Positions 28,854 to 39,811 of a stretch of DNA of 64,000 bases are shown piece by piece. Within the stretch, counting starts at the first letter, position 1, and each line of letters opens with the position of its first letter. The notes under the pieces were generated by a model. The model had not been told where the DNA came from and ran no database searches. It saw only the letters and a list, made by a program, of their open reading frames with translations. Where the stretch lies: contig SVTR01000003.1 in the NCBI GenBank assembly GCA_015063685.1, forward strand, positions 24,372-88,371, written 5' to 3'. A program made the translations under genes and the position numbers. This stretch comes from Oscillospiraceae bacterium. GTDB taxonomy: Bacteria > Bacillota > Clostridia > Oscillospirales > CAG-272.

Positions 28854-31800
28854 TCATTGTTTATAGATTAGGGCAGACTCACCATAATTATAAATGGCTT
28901 TCAAAAGCTCGCGTAACTCTTCATTTTCGGTATTTTGATGCTTTTGAATGTATGTATATACCGAGTAATTGACTGTTTGGCCTATCTGTTCGCCATCCTT
29001 CTTGATAACCGCACTGACCACATCATTAAACTCAGTAGCCTTAATACCGCAGAAAGAAAGATAATACTTACCATTTTTGTATGTCAGGTCCTCAAAGGTG
29101 TAGATTGTGGTACGTCCGTTAATGGCTACCTCAAAGGTATAAAGCGAGATATCCTTCGTTGCAGTGATGCCTAACAGTAATGTCATTTCACTGGAAAGCT
29201 CCAAGGTCGCACTGGCATATCTGATGTCGGGATCGACAGCTCCGATCAACTCTTGTTTGTTATAAGTTTCGTCTAATCTGTTAAAGTTACTGGGTGTAAG
29301 TTCTATGCCATCTGTAACGAGTGCATCAACCTTATAATTTTGATAAACCTGGGTTTTGGAACCATATACCAACAGATCGCTGACCATACGCTTCAAATTT
29401 TCATCATCCGGTTTTTGCTCTAAAAGATTGATACAATACTGACGAATACTGTAATCCAGGATACTGACACTTACCTCTTCTCCGTTAACCATTGCATAGA
29501 GAGTCGCGTCAATACGATCGCCCATTTTTTGGGGATTCACGTTAGAAAATGCGTAGCAGTATCTCCCCTGTTCATCCACTGTGTATGTGGTCACAACAGT
29601 CTCATTACCATTAAAGCTGAAGACCATGCGGGGATTGACAAAACCGTCAGGGACAGTTACGGCATAGATCACATTGATATTCTCCGAAAGAACAAGAGAC
29701 GCACCGTTGATCGCAAATTTTTTATACCCGCTCCCAAGTGCAAGCCTCACATCTTGCGTATTGATTCCCTTGGAAACTGTCACAGACTCGCTAAAGATTA
29801 CATGATTAGCTTTTATTACCGTCATATCGTAAGTGCCTACAGGAACATTTTCGAGGCAATACTCGGCATTTAATCCCTCTACGGTCACCGCATATGCCAC
29901 CTCTGTTTCACCATCATGCGTCAAGCGTACTACAATTTCCTCTTCTTCACCGATGACACTTGTGATAGTTCCGCTAAGTGTTCCGCTAATATAAGTATAG
30001 GGAACTCCCTCATTTTGGGCAAACTGTTCAGCATAGGTTCCACGAACGACATTCAAAACCGCCTTAGTGGAACCAATGAAAGCGTTGTGATAGATCTCGG
30101 AAATATTTTTGGGCATATACACATTAACCAAATCTGAACAATATCCCAAAGCCGCATATCCCATATGCGTTACGTTATCCGGAATTTGAACCTCACTCAA
30201 ATACCAAGGACCGCAAATCGCAGAAGTACCGATTCTAGCCAATTTGCTTCCCTCTTCAAATGTCATGCGTCTAATGTTATAACACTGATAGAAAGTACGA
30301 TCACCAAGCGCCGTGATATCCTTACCAACAACAACATCCTTAATTTTCATGGACAAAGTATCATCGCCCTTCAACCAAGGTCTGTTCTTGTAAGCAAGAT
30401 CAGGATTTCCAGTCGTGTCTACCTGCTCATAATCATAAGTATCACCTTCGCCGGAAAGAACAAAGGTGCCGTCAGCATACAGGATAAAGTATGCCTCAGG
30501 GCCCGCCAAGCCGGCAAGCAACACATCGGCTGTGGTAGATTCAGCAAATATGCCTTTGTCAAAGACACAAATTTCACCGCTGATGACGATCTCGCCATCA
30601 AAGGCAATACTGTTTGCATCAAAGAACGCAGGTCCAACATTGGCGATATGGTTGTAGCCGCTCACAGGCACGCCATTATCCAGATAACGAGTATCACCGT
30701 TTTCATCGGTCCACCATTCCGCAGACATAGGATACTTGTGTGCGCAAATACCGTTGGTACCGAAGTTGTAGTACTTACCTTCGATGAGCTGCACACCGGT
30801 ATACATGACACCGTCCTTATAGTAGGACTCCCCGTTCCAACCGTCGGCCATCACGACACCGTCAACGTAAGTCTTGCCGTCGGTATGAACACCGCTGAAC
30901 AGCTCGCCGCCACTGGTGCAAGCCAGCTTGCCGTCAACGAAATCATAGGTGTGAACGCCGGTTGCGGGAACGGTGGTACCCCAGTCAAGCACGGCGCCGC
31001 AACCTCCGGCGGTATCACAATCATGACCGTTTTCTGTCTTGGTTACGCAAGAACAACCTGTGCAGAATACGCGGCCAATATAGCCTTCTTCGGTACAAGT
31101 AGCAGCCTTATTCTGTGCTTCTCCCGCAGAATGGAGATGCCAACTGCTCTTATCATACTTAAGGAAGTATTCCTGCTTCTGATCAACAGTTAGTTTGCCC
31201 CACCAACAACCAATCTGGCGCTCAGTATCAACTTGGATCTTGTCACCGGAGAACATCTCGGTAGTGCCATCGGTAAATTCAACAAGACCTGCCAAGGGAT
31301 TAATAATGATATCGTAATTGTGACCTACGAATTCATTCCAGCATTCGTAAGGGTCGTACATGCCGTTTCCGTTCAAGTCACTGTCACCGCCGACAGAAGG
31401 AACGTATCCGGGATATATCTCCTCCTTGAACTCCCATGTCTGAACGGGGATGGAAACAAGTGCCTTTTCACCGGTTACTTCTACGTCACCGGTACGTTCA
31501 ATTGTAATATACGCAATGTTTTCTTTCGCAAGATCGGTGGTATAGGTTGCGGTGAAGCCATACAAAGTAACCATGTGGTCTAAGATCCAATAGTTAACGT
31601 TGTTCAAATCGAGAGTAAGGGATACCTTTTCAACTTTCTCTACGTTCTTTGCCACCACGTCCACCCAATACTGGGATCCGGTAGGAACCAAGGTTGCATC
31701 GGTTTGAGGTGCAAGCCAAATATCAGCATCGTTGTTTTCAGCCTGTACGCTGATCTTTCTGATTACGGAAGCATAGTTGCCTGCCATGTCGCAAGCGGTA

Positions 31801-34262
31801 AACTTAACGGTATGGACACCGTTCTTCAACTCGGTAGCAGGAACAGAGATAACCTTTCCGTTAAACGTATATTCAACTTCGTTTCCGTCAATATATACCT
31901 TGATGGAATTACTATCCAAACCGGTAGCATTTACATATTGGGTATTTTCAGCAACGTTTACCGCAAACCCAATGCTGTTATAGTTGGTAACAGTAGCGCT
32001 GTTGCGCTGGTTATTAAGATACTTGTCTTCGGCAGAAATAGGCTCAACATACTGAACCTCACCAAAGATAGGAGCATCTCTATCGTCACAAGCTTCAGAA
32101 TAATCTACGGTAAGATTATCCACAAAGAAGGTATTCATACCGGCAACACCGGGGGTCGTCTGCCAGTTGTATTCGCCGGAGGTACCGCCGTTAAGCTGAC
32201 AGCTGATTTCTATTCTGGCGCCTCCGCCTGCCGTCGGGTTTGCAGGATTCCACGCCTCGTTCTTCTTAAGCGTAATACTGTCATAACCACTAACGTCTAC
32301 CGCACAGTATCTCCATCCGGATTCCTCAAAATACAGAGAATCACCGTAGGTGATGGGGTAAGCATCGATACCGATTTCTTCTCCATTCTTGGTACCGGTA
32401 AAGCAGAATCTTATAGCCACGCTTACGGCATCCTTGGGGAAATATACCCAAACGCCGATAGATTTTGCATTTTCATAAGTTACGGTCTCGCCTGCCCAAC
32501 GCAAAGAAGTGCCAAGCCAGTTCAAAGTACCGTAGGTCGTATCGGAATAAACAGCACCGGCACCGTTGCCGTCGTGAACCATACCGGTAGCGGATGTTAC
32601 GGGATAGCTTTCAAGAATGTTGTTATACGCGTTAAGACCGGGTTTAGCATGGCTGCTATTCTTTCTCTGCTGAAGATGCTCTACATACCAACCCTCACCA
32701 AAGCCGTTTTCAAAATTCCAAACTACTTCAGATGCCTTACCGAATACTACTTGCATAGTTGCGGTAACATCGGGATCATGTGTCAAGGTAGCCGTGATAG
32801 AACCGCCGGTAACCGTAGGATCCTCTGTTGCGGTAATCACGTATCCGTTCAAGGTACCCATATTGTCGTTATCAAGCTTAACTTTAAAGTCAGAAGTCTT
32901 GCTTATAACTTCATAAATACCGTATGTAGCAGAAAGGGTAAAGCTGGCCTGCTGGCCTGTAGGAACGGTCAAAACAGACTGGCTGAAATGAATGGCATCG
33001 GGAATTACGATATTGATCTCGCAAGCACCGTATACTTTTCCTTCATACTCGATCTGTGCACTTACTGCACCGGTTTTGCCGGTAGAAACAAACAGACCGT
33101 CTTGATCAATGGTACCGAAGGAATCATCAGACAGTGTCCACTGAGCACCTTCGGGGATCTCTGCCGCACCACCCGTAAGATCAGCACCAATAGCCGAGAA
33201 CTGAACAGAGCTTCCGGGGGTAAAATACTCGCCTTCAGCACTTACATTTGCGCGAACAAATTCTCCGTCCGAGGGAGCTGTTGTGATAAAACAGATACCG
33301 GAGGTGGAGGGACGGAGACCACCGTCGGAAGGAGAGTTGTTGACCTTCAGCTCCTCACCGGGACGCTGAGATACGAAAGTGGAGGATCCACCACCGTCAC
33401 AGTTAGCCGCCCAAACGCAGCCTGCAGCGATCATAACCTCTGCGCACTCGTACATATTCATACCGGCGGAGAAGGGAGACTGACGACCGTCGTTAAGCAT
33501 CATAACGACCTGACCGTCCGCGGTAATACCCACAACGGAACGGGGAGCGGGGTTGTCTTTATGAGAAGCCTTGCTCTGGTTTACACCATCTTTTACAATG
33601 TATCCGCTGGATACCGGAATAACAGTGTCTTCCCAGCCGTCAAGGTCAACCGAAGTACGGATCTGTACCATTTCGAGCTCGGGGATATCGGCGGGTCTGG
33701 GGTTGCCGTTTTCATCAATGTCCTTGTTGATGACCACGCAGGTGGGGAAACCAACGTTGCCGTAAGCATAACCGCAGTTACCTGGGTCAAACATGATCTC
33801 GCCGTTCATCATCATGAAGCCGAGAGGTTCGCCTACACGGTCTGCAGGATAGCCGGTGTACCAAGACAAGCAGCAGTTCATCACACCGATGACTTCGCCG
33901 TCCATGTTCTCGTCGATCCAGTTCGCCTGATCGAGCATGGTGTCTGTTTGGTACTTAGATGTATCCATCTCGGAATACGTAGGAATGACACTTACATAGG
34001 AATGGTTCACATCAGCCTTCATAATATGAATAACCTGACGATAATTACCCGCATCGTTATTCAGAACGATCTCGGATTCGGAAATGCCGGGCGCATTATC
34101 CCAGTCCTTTTTGGAGATGAGGTTATAGTACTCATCCGTGCTTGTGGATGCATTGTGATTGTAATCAACACCTGCCGCAAACGGAATCACGGGCATCATG
34201 CCAATCATCATCACAGATGCAATTAAAAAAGCCAAAACGCGAATAAATCTCGTGTTTTTCAT
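28854..34262 (-). CDS. 1802-aa secreted multidomain phosphodiester glycosidase (NAGPA/DUF2233-like) with Ig-like, cohesin-like and BspA-like LRR regions
   Basis: Signal peptide; PRSVVGITADG...DGRQ...NCDGGGSS; LRR-like ITALGDRTFYQC / IPDNVTHMGYAALGYCSDL. Confidence 0.85.
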   Translation of the reverse strand: MKNTRFIRVLAFLIASVMMIGMMPVIPFAAGVDYNHNASTSTDEYYNLISKKDWDNAPGISESEIVLNNDAGNYRQVIHIMKADVNHSYVSVIPTYSEMDTSKYQTDTMLDQANWIDENMDGEVIGVMNCCLSWYTGYPADRVGEPLGFMMMNGEIMFDPGNCGYAYGNVGFPTCVVINKDIDENGNPRPADIPELEMVQIRTSVDLDGWEDTVIPVSSGYIVKDGVNQSKASHKDNPAPRSVVGITADGQVVMMLNDGRQSPFSAGMNMYECAEVMIAAGCVWAANCDGGGSSTFVSQRPGEELKVNNSPSDGGLRPSTSGICFITTAPSDGEFVRANVSAEGEYFTPGSSVQFSAIGADLTGGAAEIPEGAQWTLSDDSFGTIDQDGLFVSTGKTGAVSAQIEYEGKVYGACEINIVIPDAIHFSQSVLTVPTGQQASFTLSATYGIYEVISKTSDFKVKLDNDNMGTLNGYVITATEDPTVTGGSITATLTHDPDVTATMQVVFGKASEVVWNFENGFGEGWYVEHLQQRKNSSHAKPGLNAYNNILESYPVTSATGMVHDGNGAGAVYSDTTYGTLNWLGTSLRWAGETVTYENAKSIGVWVYFPKDAVSVAIRFCFTGTKNGEEIGIDAYPITYGDSLYFEESGWRYCAVDVSGYDSITLKKNEAWNPANPTAGGGARIEISCQLNGGTSGEYNWQTTPGVAGMNTFFVDNLTVDYSEACDDRDAPIFGEVQYVEPISAEDKYLNNQRNSATVTNYNSIGFAVNVAENTQYVNATGLDSNSIKVYIDGNEVEYTFNGKVISVPATELKNGVHTVKFTACDMAGNYASVIRKISVQAENNDADIWLAPQTDATLVPTGSQYWVDVVAKNVEKVEKVSLTLDLNNVNYWILDHMVTLYGFTATYTTDLAKENIAYITIERTGDVEVTGEKALVSIPVQTWEFKEEIYPGYVPSVGGDSDLNGNGMYDPYECWNEFVGHNYDIIINPLAGLVEFTDGTTEMFSGDKIQVDTERQIGCWWGKLTVDQKQEYFLKYDKSSWHLHSAGEAQNKAATCTEEGYIGRVFCTGCSCVTKTENGHDCDTAGGCGAVLDWGTTVPATGVHTYDFVDGKLACTSGGELFSGVHTDGKTYVDGVVMADGWNGESYYKDGVMYTGVQLIEGKYYNFGTNGICAHKYPMSAEWWTDENGDTRYLDNGVPVSGYNHIANVGPAFFDANSIAFDGEIVISGEICVFDKGIFAESTTADVLLAGLAGPEAYFILYADGTFVLSGEGDTYDYEQVDTTGNPDLAYKNRPWLKGDDTLSMKIKDVVVGKDITALGDRTFYQCYNIRRMTFEEGSKLARIGTSAICGPWYLSEVQIPDNVTHMGYAALGYCSDLVNVYMPKNISEIYHNAFIGSTKAVLNVVRGTYAEQFAQNEGVPYTYISGTLSGTITSVIGEEEEIVVRLTHDGETEVAYAVTVEGLNAEYCLENVPVGTYDMTVIKANHVIFSESVTVSKGINTQDVRLALGSGYKKFAINGASLVLSENINVIYAVTVPDGFVNPRMVFSFNGNETVVTTYTVDEQGRYCYAFSNVNPQKMGDRIDATLYAMVNGEEVSVSILDYSIRQYCINLLEQKPDDENLKRMVSDLLVYGSKTQVYQNYKVDALVTDGIELTPSNFNRLDETYNKQELIGAVDPDIRYASATLELSSEMTLLLGITATKDISLYTFEVAINGRTTIYTFEDLTYKNGKYYLSFCGIKATEFNDVVSAVIKKDGEQIGQTVNYSVYTYIQKHQNTENEELRELLKAIYNYGESALIYKQ

Positions 34263-34353
34263 GTTTTTTCTCCTTTTTGGTTTTAATGGGACAACGATAT
34301 ATATAAACCGACACAGTCGGAAAGTTTTCGGCTATCTATTTTGTTTTATGAAA

Positions 34354-35565
34354 TCATTCAATCCTCAACGCGGTGACTATGCTTTGATACGCCTTAGCTA
34401 CATGATAATGTTCCCAAAGATAATTTTTAGCACGTGCGGACATGCCTGTCGTATCTTGCAATACTATGGTTTGAATCAGCGAGGAAAATCTTTCAACATC
34501 GTTACTTTCACACCACCAACCGAAGCCGCCGTCCGTGATAACCTTCCCCACGTCGGTATTAGGATCGGTACAAGCCAAAACAGGTAACCCCGCTTGTATA
34601 TAGGGCAAAAGACGCGAGGGAAAATTGGGGATGGTGAAACGGTGATCCAAGAAAATCATACCCACGTCGCAGGCCGCCACCATACGATCGTAATCATCTT
34701 TTGGTATATGTTTAAGAAGTTTGACATTTCCCTGCGGCTCGCTTTTTATAAAAGTTTCCACTTTATGATATTCCGTACCACCGCCTATGAGTAAGAAAAA
34801 AGCTTTAGATTTTTTTTGATTTCGCAAACATTCGATCAAAAACGAGATTCCTTGAGGTTTTCCAAAATTCCCACCATACAAAAACACTTTTCTATCTTGA
34901 GGAATTCCATATCTATCCCGCATCTCCCTTTTAGCGGTGGGAGACAAGGACATATCCCTTGGTTCGATACAGTTTGGACACACGCTGATGGTATCCGGAC
35001 TTATCTTAGGGTTATGCTCTAGCACATAATTTACATTGGCCGAAGACATGCACCCAATATGATCCGAAACAGCATACAAATGCTCTTCTTTTCTGCGGAA
35101 ATAGCGATACAAGAGACCTTTCAAACCATTTTGAGCCATCATACCGAGATCTACTGCATTTTGAGGGAAGATATCCTTCAACAACAAGTAGGTTTGGGCT
35201 TGATCCCTTTTTTTGATATATTCAACCACACCAACCAACGTAATAGGCGGGGTGGAATACAGGACAAGATCAAAGTGAACCCCCGGGAAATACTTTTTAA
35301 TAGCTTTTTTGTACTGGCCTTCGATCTGAAGAGTGGTGACACCTTTTTCAATGCGGCCGCAGCCTGTGAGATTTCCAATCCGAACGTACAGCATATGCGC
35401 GCCGTGGTCATCCTTCAATTCTGTAGGAAGCCCCGTGTTTTTTTCCCTTTGGGATACCACATACACGGTGTGTCCGTGCGCTCGAAACTGTCGGAGCAGA
35501 TCTGGGTAAAGACTATACGCCTCTATGCTCTTCATTCGCCCGGTCGTCAAAAACAAAACATTCAT
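34354..35565 (-). CDS. GT4 glycosyltransferase (WbuB-like)
   Basis: KDIFPQNAVDLG, YGGNFGKPQG, NFPSRLLPY. Confidence 0.9.
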   Translation of the reverse strand: MNVLFLTTGRMKSIEAYSLYPDLLRQFRAHGHTVYVVSQREKNTGLPTELKDDHGAHMLYVRIGNLTGCGRIEKGVTTLQIEGQYKKAIKKYFPGVHFDLVLYSTPPITLVGVVEYIKKRDQAQTYLLLKDIFPQNAVDLGMMAQNGLKGLLYRYFRRKEEHLYAVSDHIGCMSSANVNYVLEHNPKISPDTISVCPNCIEPRDMSLSPTAKREMRDRYGIPQDRKVFLYGGNFGKPQGISFLIECLRNQKKSKAFFLLIGGGTEYHKVETFIKSEPQGNVKLLKHIPKDDYDRMVAACDVGMIFLDHRFTIPNFPSRLLPYIQAGLPVLACTDPNTDVGKVITDGGFGWWCESNDVERFSSLIQTIVLQDTTGMSARAKNYLWEHYHVAKAYQSIVTALRIE

Positions 35566-35596
35566 ATCAATTCATTCCTCAGCGCCAAAACGTGCA

Positions 35597-36892
35597 TCAA
35601 ATTTCAGAGATCGTTACCTTGAACTTTCCGTTTTTCCCGCACTCGATATGCGCGGTGTGTTCAATCGTTACACGGGCATCGGTGCCAAAAATATCTTTCA
35701 TGACAGCAACACATCTTTCGTCAATATCTGTCGCGACACCTTCCAGTCGGATGGTATAATCTTTGGGAGCGGTTTGAACAATCTGATAGCGATGTATTTC
35801 TACAAATTCTTTGAAACGGCCCATAATATTGGTTTCGCTCAATAGTGTTCCGTCTGTCTTATGCAACGCAGATATTTCACGGCCCTGCAGAGAAGCAATC
35901 TCGACACATTGGCCGTTGACAATTTTTTTAGCCACCGCCAAATCTCCGTTGGAATATCTGATAAAGGGTAGCGCTCTGTTGTTGAAGTCGGTAATGACAA
36001 CTCTTCCCATTTCGCCTTCTTCAACAGAAACATCGCTGTCCATCTTTAAAATTTCCACGAAAAACTGGGTTGTATCGACATAGAATATGCGATCATTGGG
36101 TTTTGTGATGGCAATGATAGCATTTTCAATCGAGGCATATCTGTTCAAAACGGGACACTTGAATAATTTTTCCAAGAGATCCCAAGTTTGGCTTTTCAAA
36201 TTATCACTATCCGCAATGATCAATTTGATGCCAAAATCGTAATTCTCATATCCCTTGCGAACGATATAGTCAGCCAATCTTTCAAGTCCCGAAGAATATG
36301 CCAGAATGATACTTAGTTTCTTATCCTTAACGATGGTCTGCACAATGTTCTCGAGCTTCTCATCGTTCAAATCCAGAATGCTGAGGGGCACCAAATTTTT
36401 TTTGAAGCATTCCCTCTTGGAGGCAGTGTGACCGAATCCCCAATTGCGAAGGTGAGCCCAACGGTCACCCACCCTCCAACCGATCTCTCTGTTTTTTAGG
36501 ATCAGCGCGGCTTTATGACAATGATCTTTCTCCTTATTCTGATAAGCCTTGAAGGGCGTACCGGAGGACCCGCTGGTATAGCAGGTCAGCAATACCGACT
36601 CGTTCTGATATTCACGGGATCTGAATGCTTCATAGTCTTTCTTCATAAGTTCTTTGTTCACAACAGGAAAGTCAGAAAGCTTCTCTGCCGTCACATTCTC
36701 ATACCACGGAACATTCGCCTTTACATATGTCAGGATCTCTGACACTTCGTCCTGATTATCGTAGCCTTTTTTCTTTTTTTCTTTGATGAGCTTGACTTTC
36801 TTTTTAACCGGACTTCCATGGAGCGCGTCTAACGCCCAGTAGGCCAATTCTCTGATGTTGCTCATATAATATTGCTCCCAATCTTTTATCAA
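35597..36892 (-). CDS. CapK-like / phenylacetate-CoA ligase family adenylating enzyme
   Basis: TSGSSGTP, NRYASIE, GRVVITDFNNRALPFIRYSNGD. Confidence 0.85.
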   Translation of the reverse strand: MIKDWEQYYMSNIRELAYWALDALHGSPVKKKVKLIKEKKKKGYDNQDEVSEILTYVKANVPWYENVTAEKLSDFPVVNKELMKKDYEAFRSREYQNESVLLTCYTSGSSGTPFKAYQNKEKDHCHKAALILKNREIGWRVGDRWAHLRNWGFGHTASKRECFKKNLVPLSILDLNDEKLENIVQTIVKDKKLSIILAYSSGLERLADYIVRKGYENYDFGIKLIIADSDNLKSQTWDLLEKLFKCPVLNRYASIENAIIAITKPNDRIFYVDTTQFFVEILKMDSDVSVEEGEMGRVVITDFNNRALPFIRYSNGDLAVAKKIVNGQCVEIASLQGREISALHKTDGTLLSETNIMGRFKEFVEIHRYQIVQTAPKDYTIRLEGVATDIDERCVAVMKDIFGTDARVTIEHTAHIECGKNGKFKVTISEI

Positions 36893-36935
36893 TTTCTTTC
36901 ATAAGCACCTTGTATCACAATCCAGTGCTCACAAA

Positions 36936-37580
36936 TTATTTGTACTGTTTTTCGCTTCTGATCTGCGCTAAATTGCCTTCTTTGTTTCCTGCCACACTGC
37001 TTTGAATACCCGTGCGCTTGAAAACAACGATCACCGTATTGAAAAGGATCTTCAAATCAAAAGCAAGTGAGATGTTACGCACATATTCCACATCATATTG
37101 GAATCGCGTTTCCCACTCAACATTATTTCTTCCTTTGATTTGCGCAAGTCCCGTAAGACCGGGGCGCACATCATGTCTGTGACGCTCTTCCTCAGTATAA
37201 TAAGGCAGATATTCGGGGAGCAGGGGGCGGGGGCCGACAAAGGACATATCCCCTTTTAGGATGTTCAAAAGTTCAGGGAGTTCATCCAGCGAGGTGGATC
37301 GCAACAGCTTACCGTATTTGTTCAATCGCTTGGCATCGGGTAAGAGCTTACCGTCCTTGTCCTTTGCGTTGCTCATGGAACGGAATTTTACAAGGCGAAA
37401 TATTTTTTCCTCCCCTGTCTTTTTGCTGATCTTACCAGGGCGGAGTTGGGTGAAAAAGGGGTTACCCTTCATCATGATCGCGCCCACGATGCTCAGAATC
37501 ACGAAGAGGGGGGAAAGCACGCACAGTGCTATAAATGAAAACAGTATATCAATCACGCGCTTGAAAAAATTCGCATACAT
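36936..37580 (-). CDS. Initiating phosphoglycosyl transferase (PglC-like), locus A
   Basis: KFRSM, SLDELPEL, GPRPLL, RPGLTGLAQ. Confidence 0.93.
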   Translation of the reverse strand: MYANFFKRVIDILFSFIALCVLSPLFVILSIVGAIMMKGNPFFTQLRPGKISKKTGEEKIFRLVKFRSMSNAKDKDGKLLPDAKRLNKYGKLLRSTSLDELPELLNILKGDMSFVGPRPLLPEYLPYYTEEERHRHDVRPGLTGLAQIKGRNNVEWETRFQYDVEYVRNISLAFDLKILFNTVIVVFKRTGIQSSVAGNKEGNLAQIRSEKQYK

Positions 37581-37675
37581 ATATGTACCCTCGAAAAAAT
37601 ATTGAAATAACGGTTAAAGCAAGATAAATATGACTCTACGTCGAATACAATGGTGGTTCTTATAAATATACTCTC

Positions 37676-38746
37676 TTACTTTACTACGTCGAAGATCTGT
37701 TCACTTTCCAGAACAATGGGCTCTACGTCCACGTCGCGGAGGAACACGTATGGCTTATCGTAATGGTAGAACGGAGCACGCGCCACGTTATCGCAATGTC
37801 CATCTTCCATGATCTTGATGGTATCCTCGATCAAATCAAATCCAACTTGGGCCATCACACCCGTATATGCCATATGGCGGATGTTCACCTCTGTAACCTT
37901 CATATTACCATTCCGATCCTCTTTCAAATCGAAGGAAAGAATGCCATGGGCAGTCACACCGAGTTTTTTCTCAAGATATTTGACACATCTATCGCAAAAA
38001 TCATTGATCCTGTCTTCATTCAAGAAGCGTCCGAAGTGGGTATTTCCCGTTACACGAGAAGGTGCGACCTTTGCCATAACGTATTCAACGCATTCGAGAG
38101 CTGCGCCCTTAACGTATTCGCCATTGTAATATAGCATTTGATTGGCTAAGTGACGACCGGTTAGAAACTCGCTGACCGTAAATTCAGGAATCTGAGCATT
38201 GATGAACAGCCAGCTCTTATAACTGTCGATATCGTCCAGCCTCAAAGAGCCCAATCCGCCGGTTCCTTCCGTGGCGCGGATCCAGCAAGGAAAGCCGATC
38301 AAATTTTCCACGTCCTCATATCGGGGATCGTCTTTTGTCACCTTGATGGTCTTAGGGATAAATTCGGTACCCTCAAGCAATTCGGCCATAATGGACTTAT
38401 CCTTCAAGGAAGCCGACAGCAGTCTACTTCCCATGAATACACGACAAGGATATTTTCCGTTTTGCTCGAAATACTCTCCCCACGCGACAATTTCGCTTTC
38501 CGGCTGAACAAAGGCATAATCAATGTGCTCATCCATAACCAGCTTTTTCATCCATGGGAAATATTCGGGAGATGTGCAACGGGGGCATATGAAATATTCA
38601 TCCAGCAATCCATCCATAAAAAAGCCAAGCGCTTTTTTTTCAATATCGCATCCGATGAGTCTATAACTCGGGTGATTTTTTTTGATAGTTTTAGCGATGG
38701 ATCGGGGGGTTAATCCGCCTATTCCCGTAATCAATATTGTTTTCAT
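37676..38746 (-). CDS. ATP-grasp domain protein (carbamoyl-phosphate synthase-like)
   Basis: ILITGIGG, GFPCWIRATEGTGGLG, SEFLTG, VTEVNIR. Confidence 0.75.
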   Translation of the reverse strand: MKTILITGIGGLTPRSIAKTIKKNHPSYRLIGCDIEKKALGFFMDGLLDEYFICPRCTSPEYFPWMKKLVMDEHIDYAFVQPESEIVAWGEYFEQNGKYPCRVFMGSRLLSASLKDKSIMAELLEGTEFIPKTIKVTKDDPRYEDVENLIGFPCWIRATEGTGGLGSLRLDDIDSYKSWLFINAQIPEFTVSEFLTGRHLANQMLYYNGEYVKGAALECVEYVMAKVAPSRVTGNTHFGRFLNEDRINDFCDRCVKYLEKKLGVTAHGILSFDLKEDRNGNMKVTEVNIRHMAYTGVMAQVGFDLIEDTIKIMEDGHCDNVARAPFYHYDKPYVFLRDVDVEPIVLESEQIFDVVK

Positions 38747-38755
38747 TTTTCCTCC

Positions 38756-39811
38756 TTACATCTCCACCCGAGTGGACAGCTCTAACGCGCGGGATAGCGC
38801 AGATATCTGCATACGCATTTCATCCGTGCCATATCTTTGATCGCACACCAACGATATTTCACTTCTGCTATACCGCGTTTCCCTGTTGAGATAATTGCGA
38901 TTCACAGGCCAATGACAAGGACAATAAACATTGCTCTTGACTAGTTCCAAATGAATGAAATGTCTTTTGTTTTCATTCACGATAATCGGTACAAATAAAG
39001 GGCAATCCTCTTCCTCGATATCATGATAGAGCAATTGAATATCATATGTCTCCGATAGGGCTTTCACTTCATCCATGAGCAGTTGCGCGTTGGCTCGGCG
39101 TGTTGCCCTTAATGAAGCCGAATCGGCGGTCAGCATGATTTCGATCTCGGAATCTCGGGTTTTAAATCCCTCATATTCATTATGTAAAAGCTTGTTTGCC
39201 AATGCGTACAGGTCTAAAAAATTCTGTTTTTCTCCCTCGGAAAATTTAATATATTTTTCTTTTAGTATCGCGGCCTGTCTCCAGGCATCTAGATACACGC
39301 TGTATTCTGTTGTGCTTTCGGGTACGGTAAAACCGTTTTTATTATACACAACAGCACAAAGAGAATCAAACCATTTTCTGTAACTCACAATGATATAGTC
39401 GGCTAATTCGTATGTTTTGGCATACGAAAACGCCGTTTGCGTGGCATCCACCACCAAAAGTTTTCCTTGCTCCTTGCACTTTTGGGAAAACGCCAATGTG
39501 TCTTTGCTGATAAAGCCAAAATAATCTATGGCCAATACTGCATCGACATCATCAGCGATTTCGACATGGTTCAAATTAAACGCGTCATAAAAAGATACTT
39601 CCAATCCCTGCTCCATAAAGGGACGTATCATGGAGCTACAGCAGTAGTCCGGAACAAGGATACTTCTTGAGGTATTCTTCAGTTCATTAGCTATCAAACC
39701 CAATCCCGTGATTCCGGATACAAGATATCTGTGAGGATAAACGCTGAGTTTCTGATACTCGTTCTTCCCTTTAGTCACGGAATTATGATAAAATTCACTA
39801 CCAACTTCCAC
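38756..39811 (-). CDS. Divergent PLP-dependent (DegT-like) protein
   Basis: MEVGSEF, PDYCCSSM, DYFGF, DATQ, SYRKW, CDQRY. Confidence 0.7.
   Translation of the reverse strand: MEVGSEFYHNSVTKGKNEYQKLSVYPHRYLVSGITGLGLIANELKNTSRSILVPDYCCSSMIRPFMEQGLEVSFYDAFNLNHVEIADDVDAVLAIDYFGFISKDTLAFSQKCKEQGKLLVVDATQTAFSYAKTYELADYIIVSYRKWFDSLCAVVYNKNGFTVPESTTEYSVYLDAWRQAAILKEKYIKFSEGEKQNFLDLYALANKLLHNEYEGFKTRDSEIEIMLTADSASLRATRRANAQLLMDEVKALSETYDIQLLYHDIEEEDCPLFVPIIVNENKRHFIHLELVKSNVYCPCHWPVNRNYLNRETRYSRSEISLVCDQRYGTDEMRMQISALSRALELSTRVEM

Noticed and set aside
31704-34226. 840-aa plus-strand ORF (likewise 41689-43344, 47944-49347, 45619-46719, 57902-58774)
   Set aside because: Antisense shadows of well-supported genes with biased codon usage.
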